Positions 5,620 to 12,774 of a stretch of DNA of 12,774 nucleotides are shown piece by piece. The DNA lies in contig JAZNZM010000010.1 of assembly GCA_045594965.1 (NCBI GenBank), positions 1 through 12,774 on the forward strand. Direction: 5' to 3'. The position numbers were made by a program, and so were the translations under genes. The notes beneath the pieces are model-generated. The model was not told where the DNA came from, ran no database searches, and worked only from the letters and a program-made list of their open reading frames with translations. The first letter of the stretch is position 1. Every line of letters starts with the position of its first letter. This DNA comes from Oscillospiraceae bacterium. Lineage in GTDB: Bacteria; Bacillota; Clostridia; Oscillospirales; Oscillospiraceae.

Positions 5620-6384
5620 TCAAAGCAGGGATATCATTTCTGCCAAAGCTTCAAGCCCGCTGCCCTCATACTCGAAATGACGGCAGTCTGTAGGAGCTTT
5701 GCCGGGGCACAGCTCCGGTTCTGCAGGAGCCTGTCCCGGAGGAGTGATGTTTGTGTGCATATATATGCTGGCAAGTCCCAGAGCCTTTGCGCCTGCAATA
5801 TCGGTCTCGCGGTCATTACCTATCATAAGGCACTTTTCGGCTTCAAGACCCTCATTGTCTATAAGCGCCTTGTAAAAGCGCGGATCGGGCTTGCGAAAGC
5901 CAAAGTCCGAGGAGATGTATATACCGTCAAATTGATCACCCAGACCCAGAGCGCGCAGCTCATACTCTGTGAAAACACGCTGGGCATTGCTGAGAAGCCA
6001 GAGACGGCAGCCCTTTTTTCTGAGTTTTTCAAGTGCATTCAATACTCCGGGATAGAGCTTTATATAGTCTGTGGAGCAGATGCGGAAAAGCTGCGCGGCA
6101 TTAACAGCAAGCGCCTCTGCCTTTTCGCTGACGCCCTTTACTATAAAAAGCTCCTCCATTAAGCCTTCGATGGGAATGTCCGGAAAACATTCATAGCTTT
6201 GTCCGGCACTGGCCTGACGCTCATGCAAAATGCGCATAAAAGCTTTTTGAAGCTCTTCGGAGGTATAGGCGGCTCCGTAATAACGGAAATACATGGCGGT
6301 CTTTTCCCACACGGGAGAGCTTTCCTCTGTGTGTATATCCACCAGGGTGCCGTATAAATCGAAAATAAGCTCTGTATAACGCAT
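5620..6384 (-). CDS. HAD-superfamily hydrolase, subfamily IA (motif I FDLYGTLVD of the haloacid-dehalogenase type DxYGT; motif II LLSN; motif III KPDP; motif IV GNDRETDI), 254 aa
   Basis: The six-frame ORF is 5620..6399. The internal ATG at 6382-6384 (MRYTELIFDLYGTLVD) is preceded by GGGAGG with a 7-nt spacing, while the first ATG contains that RBS, so the start was moved to 6384. The HAD motifs are clear. Confidence 0.8.
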   Translation of the reverse strand: MRYTELIFDLYGTLVDIHTEESSPVWEKTAMYFRYYGAAYTSEELQKAFMRILHERQASAGQSYECFPDIPIEGLMEELFIVKGVSEKAEALAVNAAQLFRICSTDYIKLYPGVLNALEKLRKKGCRLWLLSNAQRVFTEYELRALGLGDQFDGIYISSDFGFRKPDPRFYKALIDNEGLEAEKCLMIGNDRETDIAGAKALGLASIYMHTNITPPGQAPAEPELCPGKAPTDCRHFEYEGSGLEALAEMISLL

Positions 6385-6406
6385 TGCATCGCCTCCCATG
6401 ACTAAG

Positions 6407-6435
6407 AGTATATACCTTTAATGCGCGGAAAGCAA
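6407..6435 (-). promoter_or_regulatory. Candidate sigma-A promoter for the HAD gene (minus-strand -35 TTGCTT, 17-nt spacer, -10 TATACT)
   Basis: Minus-strand reading of plus 6407-6435. The -10 is about 15 nt upstream of the RBS. Confidence 0.3.
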
Positions 6436-6477
6436 AGCAATTATCAGCTCTAAAGCTGCGCAGAGATATGGTTTTCA

Positions 6478-6514
6478 GAGCGGCATTTTGTGCAAAAATG
6501 ACAAAATGCCGCTC
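6478..6514. promoter_or_regulatory. Perfect 14-bp inverted repeat GAGCGGCATTTTGT-N9-ACAAAATGCCGCTC in the divergent HAD/rlmB-like promoter region
   Basis: The two arms are exact reverse complements (checked base by base). No flanking U-run on either strand, so it is not a canonical intrinsic terminator. It sits about 20 nt upstream of the TTGACA -35 of the plus-strand promoter. Confidence 0.4.
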
Positions 6515-6534
6515 TATATACATTTAAATAAAGA

Positions 6535-6593
6535 TTGACAGACAGAAAAGGCTGGTGTAGTATAATCCATGATTTTACTCAATAATGTATAAT
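6535..6593 (+). promoter_or_regulatory. Candidate sigma-A promoter(s) for the SpoU-family methyltransferase gene: TTGACA (6535-6540), 17 nt, TAGTAT (6558-6563); also a TG-TATAAT element at 6586-6593
   Basis: Consensus-like -35. The alternative -10 TATAAT at 6561-6566 would give a 20-nt spacer. A second TGTATAAT lies about 45 nt before the RBS. Confidence 0.35.
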
Positions 6594-6639
6594 TGCTGAT
6601 GGTATGGTCTTTTATGGCCTGTTTATCATGGGAGGAAGA

Positions 6640-7383
6640 ATGGAAAAGCTCAGCTCCAGACAAAATAAAACCGTTGCCCATCTGAGAAAGCTTGGCACAG
6701 ACAAGGCCTACCGCCATAGCTGCGGCGAGGGCATTTGCGACGGACTTAAGCTCCTCCGTGAAGCAAGCATGTGGGGCGTGGAGATACTCTCCGTGTTCTG
6801 GTCCGGAGACAGTGCCATGGAGCTGCCTTCTTCCGTGAAGCAGTACTCCCTGACTCCTGAGCTTATGGACTATGCCTCCCCCCTTAAAAACAGCCCCGGC
6901 CCGATTTTCACCTTCCGTATGCCCGGATGGTCTGAAGAAGCACCGGGTCGCTGCCTCGTTCTTGAGACCATTCAGGATCCCGGCAATCTTGGCACCATTC
7001 TCAGAACGGCCAACGCTCTGAGCATGGACACTGTGATACTCACCGGTGACTGCGCTGATGTTTATAATCCCAAGACAGTACGTGCTGCAATGGGCGCTGT
7101 TTTTCGTCAGAGAGTCCTTTCCATGGAAAGGGGAGAGATGAGGGAATATCTCACCCGTAACGGCATACATCTTTACGGGGCGGCTCTTTCCGATGCTTCC
7201 AGAGATATACGCTCCGTGAGCCTTGACAAGGCAGCGGTGGCCATAGGCAGCGAGGGCAGGGGACTTTCAAAAGAATTTCTTGCTCTGTGCGACGGGGAGC
7301 TAATCATTCCCATGAACGAGCAGTGCGAATCACTGAACGCAGGTGTTGCCGCTGCCATAGTCATGTGGGAGCTTTGCCGCTGA
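6640..7383 (+). CDS. SpoU/TrmH-family RNA 2'-O-ribose methyltransferase (RlmB-like 23S rRNA Gm methyltransferase), 247 aa
   Basis: The six-frame ORF is 6604..7383. GGGAGGAAGA at 6630-6639 supports the ATG at 6640 (MEKLSSRQNKTVAHLRKL). SPOUT motifs: LVLETIQDPGNLGTILRTANAL, AIGSEGRGLS, IPMNEQCESLNAGVAAAIVMWE. Confidence 0.85.
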   Translation: MEKLSSRQNKTVAHLRKLGTDKAYRHSCGEGICDGLKLLREASMWGVEILSVFWSGDSAMELPSSVKQYSLTPELMDYASPLKNSPGPIFTFRMPGWSEEAPGRCLVLETIQDPGNLGTILRTANALSMDTVILTGDCADVYNPKTVRAAMGAVFRQRVLSMERGEMREYLTRNGIHLYGAALSDASRDIRSVSLDKAAVAIGSEGRGLSKEFLALCDGELIIPMNEQCESLNAGVAAAIVMWELCR

Positions 7384-7396
7384 GGGAGATTGAAGC

Positions 7397-8632
7397 ATGA
7401 GCGTTTTGGAATACTGGATATGGCTGGCCGGGAAGTATCCCGGACCGAAGCAGCAGGCAAGTCTTCTTGAGCGTTTTGGTGATGCCAAAGGCGTTTACTT
7501 TGCCGAAAAGGAGCAGATGGCTTCCCTTGGCATCAAAGGTGAGCTGCTTGATAAGCTATCTGACAAAAGTCTTGATGAGGCACGGAGTATTCTGTACTGC
7601 TGCGATAATAAGGGGATAGACATTGTCACAATTCAGGATGCCGCTTACCCCGAACGGCTCAGGAACATATCCGATCCACCCTGTGTGCTCTATGTAAAGG
7701 GGCGATTACCTGATGTGGATTCCGAGCCGGTCATAGCCGTGGTGGGCACGAGAAGATGCACTCCTTACGGCACAAAGATGGCAAGGGATATTTCATATGA
7801 AATAGCATCCAAGGGCGGAATCGTATGTACAGGACTTGCAGAGGGTATAGATACCCACGCTGCACAGGCAGCTCTTATGGCAGGCAGCCGTGTTATAGGC
7901 GTTCTGGGAACTGCCATTGATGAGGTCTTTCCGAAATTCAACGGCCCTCTTTTCGATGATGTGGCCTTTTACGGAGCACTTGTAAGCGAATATCCTCCCG
8001 GATATAGAGGCAACAGACTGTCCTTTCCGCGGAGAAACCGTATAATTGCAGGCTTGTCTGTGGGTGTTGTCGTGCCGGAGGCTCCTGAGCGCAGCGGTGC
8101 ACTGATCACAGCACGCATAGCGCTGGAAAACGGAAGAGATGTTTTTGCCGTTCCCGCCAATGCAGGAACACCGGCCGGTGCAGGCAGCAACAATCTTCTT
8201 CGTGAGGGCGCAGGCTTTGCAGAGAACGGCTGGGATGTGCTTTGCGAGTATGCAAAGCGTTTCCCGGACAGGATAAATGAACAGGGCATTGCTCTGAAAG
8301 TCAGGGAAGAGACTCCCCATCAGGATAAAAAAGCTCCGTCAGCTCCGGTCAAAAGAACGGACGCGGTCGATGAGCCGGGAAAGGGCTTTTTCAAGCTGAG
8401 AATTCCCGTGCGCCGAAAAAAGCCGGATATCTTGGAGGGACAGTTATCCGGGCTTACTGAGAACCAGCTGAAGATTGTTTCAGCCATAACAAAACCCTCC
8501 ATGCATGTGGACGATATAATAGACCTTTCCGGTCTGCCCGCAGCAAGCGTCCTTTCTGAGCTTACTATGCTTCAGATAAAGGGCTATGTGTCTCAGGAGG
8601 CCGGCAAGCGATTTACTCTTAACATCAAATAA
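7397..8632 (+). CDS. dprA: DNA-processing protein DprA/Smf (natural-transformation ssDNA-loading protein), 411 aa with C-terminal winged-helix extension
   Basis: Motifs: VGTRRCTPYGTKMAR, GIDTHAAQAAL, RNRIIAGLS, FAVPANAGTPAGAGSNNLL. RBS GAGGGAG is upstream of the ATG at 7397. topA follows immediately, which is the conserved Firmicutes order. Confidence 0.9.
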   Translation: MSVLEYWIWLAGKYPGPKQQASLLERFGDAKGVYFAEKEQMASLGIKGELLDKLSDKSLDEARSILYCCDNKGIDIVTIQDAAYPERLRNISDPPCVLYVKGRLPDVDSEPVIAVVGTRRCTPYGTKMARDISYEIASKGGIVCTGLAEGIDTHAAQAALMAGSRVIGVLGTAIDEVFPKFNGPLFDDVAFYGALVSEYPPGYRGNRLSFPRRNRIIAGLSVGVVVPEAPERSGALITARIALENGRDVFAVPANAGTPAGAGSNNLLREGAGFAENGWDVLCEYAKRFPDRINEQGIALKVREETPHQDKKAPSAPVKRTDAVDEPGKGFFKLRIPVRRKKPDILEGQLSGLTENQLKIVSAITKPSMHVDDIIDLSGLPAASVLSELTMLQIKGYVSQEAGKRFTLNIK

Positions 8633-8649
8633 AAAGCGAGGAACCGATA

Positions 8650-10881
8650 ATGGCAAAAGCAAAGACGAATCTTGTGATCGTCGAATCTCCTGCCAAGGCA
8701 AGGACTATAGAAAAATATCTGGGCAGCGACTACAAAGTGGTTGCTTCCATGGGACATCTCAGAGACCTGCCGAAAAGCACTCTGGGAGTGGATATTGAGC
8801 GAGACTTCGAGCCCCAGTATAAAAGCGTTGACGGGCGCGAAGCTATAATCAGCGAGCTGAAAAAGAGCGCCAAAAGCGCACGGACCGTATTTCTTGCAAC
8901 TGACCCTGACCGCGAGGGCGAGGCTATTTCATGGCATCTCAAGGAGCTTCTGGAGCTTCCCGATGAAAAGGCACGCCGCGTGACATTTAACGAGATCACC
9001 AAAAAAGTTGTCACGGAAAGCATTGCTTCTCCCAGAGACATTGACCAGAACCTTGTTGATGCCCAGCAGGCCAGAAGAATTCTGGACCGTCTTGTGGGCT
9101 ACAAGCTTTCTCCTCTGCTCTGGCGCAAGCTTTCAAGACCCCGTCTCAGCGCCGGCCGTGTACAGTCCGTTGCCACCCGTATGGTTGTTGACCGCGAGAA
9201 CGAGATAAGAGACTTCAAAGCCGAGGAATACTGGCTGCTTGATGCTTATCTTGACCGCTGCGCCCCCAACGACGGAAGCTTTGTTGCCCGTTATTACGGC
9301 AGCGGTGATAAGAAGCTGGAGCTTGGCTCTGAGGAAGAGGTCAACAAGGTACTTGCAGATGTGCAGGACAAGGATTTCACCATAAACTCTGTGAAACGCG
9401 GCGAGAAGCACCGCTCCCCGTCTCCTCCCTTCATAACATCTACCCTGCAGCAGGAGGCCTCCCGACGTCTGGGCATGACTCCTGTCCGAACCATGAGCGT
9501 GGCTCAGCAGCTGTATGAAGGAATAGATATTGAGGGCCAGGGTACCGTCGGTCTTATTACTTATATGCGTACCGACTCTCTGCGCATCAGTGAGGAAGCT
9601 CTTGCCGGCGCCAAAAGCTATATAATCGACCATTACGGGCCACAGTATTATCCTCCCAAGACCCGTGTGTTCAAGACCAAGGCAGGGGCTCAGGATGCCC
9701 ACGAGGCCATACGCCCCTCCAATATATATCTCTCACCCGAGCTTATTAAGAAGGATCTCACCGGAGACCAGTACCGCCTCTATCGCCTTATCTGGGGCCG
9801 CTTTACCGCGAGCCAGATGGCGAACGCTGTTTATGACAACGTGGTCATAGATGCCGAGTGCGAGGGTCATGTTTTCAGAGCAAATCACTCTGAGATAAAA
9901 TTCCCCGGCTACACTGCTCTTTATGAGGAGAGCCGGGACGAGGAAAGCGAAGATATTCGCCGTCCGCTCCCAAATCTCAGCGAGGGAGAAAAGGTCAGCG
10001 TCAATAAATTCAACCGGGAGCAGCGCTTTACCCAGCCTCCCTCCAGATACACCGAGGCTACTCTTATCAGAGCGCTTGAGGAAAAGGGTATAGGCCGCCC
10101 CTCCACCTATGCTCCGACCATAGGCACTATCACAAGCCGTGAATATGTGGTCAAAGAGGGACGCTACCTTCGTCCCACACCTCTTGGCGAGGTAGTGAAC
10201 ACCCTTATGTGCGACTATTTCAAAGATGTTGTTGACCTGAAGTTCACCGCCCGTATGGAGGACAGTCTGGACGAAATAGAGTCCGGAGACAAGAACTGGA
10301 AGGGCGTTCTCCACGAGTTCTACGGCGGATTTGACGAGAATCTGGACGCTGCCGAAAAGGCACTGGACGGCAAGCATATTAAGGTCCCTGATGAAGTCAG
10401 TGACGAGCTATGCGATGTATGCGGCAAGCAGATGGTTGTGAAAAACGGACGCTTCGGACGCTTCCTTGCCTGTCCCGGATTCCCGGAGTGCACCTTCACA
10501 AAGCCCATCGTTATAGAAATGCCCGGAAAGTGCCCTAAGTGCGGAAGCCGCATACTGAAGCGCACCAGCAAGAAGGGCTACACATACTATGCCTGTGAAA
10601 AGGGCGCAGACTGCGGCTTTATGACATGGTCCGTGCCCGTAAAGGATTTCTGCCCCCAGTGCGGCAAGACCCTTTTCAAACTATCCGGCAAGGGCAAGAA
10701 AAAGCCCTTCTGCATAAATGAGGACTGCTCCGCTTTCCTGCCCGAGGACCAGCGCGGCTACAGAAAGAAAACAGAGTCGTCCGGTGCTGCCCCTGCTGAG
10801 GAAAAGGCTGAGGAAAAAAAGAGCGCAGCCAAAAAAACACCTGCCAAGCGAGGCAGAAAACCGGCTGCAAGCAAGGAGTGA
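8650..10881 (+). CDS. topA: DNA topoisomerase I, 743 aa, with three C-terminal Zn-ribbons and a Lys-rich tail
   Basis: Toprim N-terminus: LVIVESPAKARTIEKYLG...ASMGHLRDLP. Active-site region: ITYMRTDS. The three Zn-ribbons are CDVCG...CPGFPEC, CPKCG...CEKGADCGF and CPQCG...CINEDC. Confidence 0.95.
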   Translation: MAKAKTNLVIVESPAKARTIEKYLGSDYKVVASMGHLRDLPKSTLGVDIERDFEPQYKSVDGREAIISELKKSAKSARTVFLATDPDREGEAISWHLKELLELPDEKARRVTFNEITKKVVTESIASPRDIDQNLVDAQQARRILDRLVGYKLSPLLWRKLSRPRLSAGRVQSVATRMVVDRENEIRDFKAEEYWLLDAYLDRCAPNDGSFVARYYGSGDKKLELGSEEEVNKVLADVQDKDFTINSVKRGEKHRSPSPPFITSTLQQEASRRLGMTPVRTMSVAQQLYEGIDIEGQGTVGLITYMRTDSLRISEEALAGAKSYIIDHYGPQYYPPKTRVFKTKAGAQDAHEAIRPSNIYLSPELIKKDLTGDQYRLYRLIWGRFTASQMANAVYDNVVIDAECEGHVFRANHSEIKFPGYTALYEESRDEESEDIRRPLPNLSEGEKVSVNKFNREQRFTQPPSRYTEATLIRALEEKGIGRPSTYAPTIGTITSREYVVKEGRYLRPTPLGEVVNTLMCDYFKDVVDLKFTARMEDSLDEIESGDKNWKGVLHEFYGGFDENLDAAEKALDGKHIKVPDEVSDELCDVCGKQMVVKNGRFGRFLACPGFPECTFTKPIVIEMPGKCPKCGSRILKRTSKKGYTYYACEKGADCGFMTWSVPVKDFCPQCGKTLFKLSGKGKKKPFCINEDCSAFLPEDQRGYRKKTESSGAAPAEEKAEEKKSAAKKTPAKRGRKPAASKE

Positions 10882-10889
10882 GGCTCAGT

Positions 10890-12200
10890 ATGGAACACAA
10901 AGTCACCGTGATAGGCGCTGGTCTTGCAGGCAGTGAGTGTGCGTGGCAGCTGGCTCAGAGGGGCATAAAAGTCCGCCTTTGCGAGATGAAGCCCAATAAA
11001 AAGACCCCTGCTCACGTTTCCAATGATTTTGCCGAGCTTGTTTGCTCTAATTCTTTCAGAAGCGATGAGCTTTCCAATGCGGTTGGACTCCTTAAGGAGG
11101 AACTCAGAAAGTTTGACAGCCTCATTATGAAGTGCGCGGACGCAAACCGCGTTCCTGCAGGCGGCGCCCTTGCTGTTGATCGCGAGGGCTATGCCCGTAT
11201 GGTCACCGAGCATATAAGAAATCACCCCAATATAAGTCTTGTAGAGGAAGAGATAACAGAAATACCCGAGGGAGAGGTGGTCATTGCCTCCGGACCTCTC
11301 ACCAGCGATGCCCTTGCAGAAAAAATAGCGGCCCTGTGTCCCGACTCGGACCTGCATTTCTATGATGCAGCTGCTCCCATAGTCATGGCGGACAGCATCG
11401 ACATGGAAAGCGCTTTCTATGCATCCCGTTACGACAAGGGCACGGCGGACTATATAAACTGCCCCATGAACAGGGAGGAATATCTGGCCTTCTGGAAGGA
11501 GCTTTGCTCTGCGGAGGAAGCTCAGGTACACGGCTTTGATGACGGAGGTGTGTTTGAGGGCTGCATGCCTGTTGAGGTAATGGCAAGAAGGGGAGAGGAC
11601 ACTCTGCGTTTTGGCCCCCTGAAGCCCGTGGGTCTTATAGATCCCAGAAACGGCAGGGAGAACTATGCCGTTGTTCAGCTGCGCCGGGACAATGCTGAGG
11701 GAACGATTTACAACATTGTGGGTTTTCAGACTCATCTGCGATTCCCGGAGCAGAAGCGGGTGTTCTCCATGATACCTGCTTTGAAAAATGCGGAATTTGT
11801 GCGCTATGGCGTAATGCACCGCAACACATACCTCAACTCTCCCGGACTCCTTGACAGATACTACAGGCTTAAAACAATGCCCCGTATATCCTTCGCGGGA
11901 CAGATGACCGGCGTTGAGGGCTATGTGGAGTCCTGTGCCAGCGGGCTTTTGGTGGGAATTGAAACCGCCAGACGTCTGCAGGGACTGGAACCTGTGAATT
12001 TCCCTCAGGAGACCGCAATAGGTGCCCTTGGCCTCTATGTATCCGGAGGCAGCGTAAGCGGAAATTTCCAGCCAATGAACATAAACTTCGGAATTATTAC
12101 TCCTCTGGGCTACAGGGTAAAGGGAAAGCGCAACAAGAACGCAGAGATAAGCAAGAGAAGTCTTGAGATAATAGACAAATTGAAAGAGGAAAAGATATGA
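10890..12200 (+). CDS. trmFO: Methylenetetrahydrofolate--tRNA-(uracil54-C5)-methyltransferase TrmFO (Gid), 436 aa
   Basis: MEHKVTVIGAGLAGSECAWQLAQRG is the typical TrmFO FAD-binding N-terminus. It follows topA as in B. subtilis. An alternative GTG start at 10878 overlaps the topA stop; the ATG at 10890 is preferred (AAGGAG 11 nt upstream). Confidence 0.9.
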   Translation: MEHKVTVIGAGLAGSECAWQLAQRGIKVRLCEMKPNKKTPAHVSNDFAELVCSNSFRSDELSNAVGLLKEELRKFDSLIMKCADANRVPAGGALAVDREGYARMVTEHIRNHPNISLVEEEITEIPEGEVVIASGPLTSDALAEKIAALCPDSDLHFYDAAAPIVMADSIDMESAFYASRYDKGTADYINCPMNREEYLAFWKELCSAEEAQVHGFDDGGVFEGCMPVEVMARRGEDTLRFGPLKPVGLIDPRNGRENYAVVQLRRDNAEGTIYNIVGFQTHLRFPEQKRVFSMIPALKNAEFVRYGVMHRNTYLNSPGLLDRYYRLKTMPRISFAGQMTGVEGYVESCASGLLVGIETARRLQGLEPVNFPQETAIGALGLYVSGGSVSGNFQPMNINFGIITPLGYRVKGKRNKNAEISKRSLEIIDKLKEEKI

Positions 12201-12774
12201 GAATTATTATTGACGCAATGGGAGGCGACAACGCCCCTTCCGAGATCGTCAAGGGTGCTGTTGATGCCCAGAAGGAGTTTGGGGTTGACATAACTCTTGT
12301 TGGCATAGAGGAACAGGTCCGCGAATGTCTTTCTGTCTGTGGTGGAGAGGGCAATGAGCACATTGCTGTTGTCAATGCCACCGAAGTTGTGGATATGCAC
12401 GATGATCCAGCCATGGTCTGCCGCCGCAAAAAGGACAGCTCCATGACTGTTGGTCTGAATCTTCTCCGCGACGGAGAGGGCGATGCCTTTATTTCGGCAG
12501 GAAGCACCGGCGCTCTGCTTACAGGAGCAACTCTTATAGTAAAGCGTATAAGAGGAATCCGCCGTGCCTGCTTCTGCCCCGTTATCCCCAACGGGAAAAA
12601 GGGCGTTGTGCTCATCGACTGCGGTGCCAATGTTGACTGCACCAGCGAGTATCTGCTCCAGTTTGCCTATATGGGTTCATTCTATGCATCTGCAATCAGC
12701 GGCGTTGAAAATCCCAGAGTGGGACTTCTCAATAACGGCAGCGAGGACAGCAAGGGCACCGAGCTTTGCAAGGA
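12197..12774 (+). CDS. plsX: Phosphate acyltransferase PlsX, N-terminal 192 aa (runs off the right edge)
   Basis: The ATGA overlap with the trmFO stop at 12197-12200 gives MRIIIDAMGGDNAPSEIVKGAVDAQ...GVDITLVG..., the PlsX N-terminal signature. It is not in the six-frame track because there is no stop inside the window. RBS AGAGGA is upstream. Confidence 0.85.
   Translation, partial: MRIIIDAMGGDNAPSEIVKGAVDAQKEFGVDITLVGIEEQVRECLSVCGGEGNEHIAVVNATEVVDMHDDPAMVCRRKKDSSMTVGLNLLRDGEGDAFISAGSTGALLTGATLIVKRIRGIRRACFCPVIPNGKKGVVLIDCGANVDCTSEYLLQFAYMGSFYASAISGVENPRVGLLNNGSEDSKGTELCK

Noticed and set aside
5325-5693. 122-aa Cys/Gly-rich plus-strand ORF (CxxC-like spacing)
   Set aside because: No RBS. 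It overlaps the better-supported minus-strand small membrane ORF and the 3' end of the HAD gene, so it is probably a shadow ORF. Its regular Cys spacing (CAEC...CGGC) is noted as a mild caveat.
6514-7170. 218-aa minus-strand ORF
   Set aside because: Antisense to the SpoU/TrmH methyltransferase gene. Its start would lie inside the plus-strand promoter.
9133-10377. Minus-strand ORFs of 189 and 214 aa inside topA
   Set aside because: Antisense shadows of the topA coding region.
10758-11819. 353-aa ORF on the minus strand
   Set aside because: Antisense to trmFO, which is identified confidently. No start context.

Overview
The window is a Firmicutes/Clostridia-type chromosomal segment, about 52% GC, with GGAGG-type ribosome-binding sites. 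It has two parts.

The right two-thirds (about 5.6 to 12.8 kb) is ordinary housekeeping:
- an HAD-family hydrolase on the minus strand, with a small membrane ORF behind it
- a SpoU/TrmH-family RNA 2'-O-methyltransferase
- the classic Firmicutes dprA(smf)-topA-trmFO(gid) block
- the 5' end of plsX.

The left third (1 to about 5.35 kb) looks accessory and is the interesting part:
- Two translationally coupled WYL-domain proteins: ORF1 is HTH-WYL-WCX, ORF2 is WYL-WCX without an obvious HTH (a PafBC-like tandem pair).
- A roughly 650-nt non-coding region containing two copies of a near-perfect palindromic terminator-like motif (CTGCG..AACTGAGTT..CGCAG followed by a T-run).
- In the same region, an orphan tRNA-like T-arm/acceptor fragment (GTGGGTTCAAATCCCAC) followed by a tight hairpin, then a GC-rich structured leader.
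- A two-gene operon: a soluble (no TM helix) SPFH/band-7 protein with a large internal insertion, followed by an RtcB-family RNA ligase carrying all hallmark motifs (DVHAGKG, GGGNHF, HSGSRNLG, PHGAGR). No RtcA, RtcR, archease, Rsr or PrfH is nearby.

The most interesting hypothesis is a WYL-regulated SPFH-RtcB RNA-repair or conflict module with an associated tRNA-like RNA element. Several long ORFs in the six-frame track are antisense shadows of real genes and were rejected.
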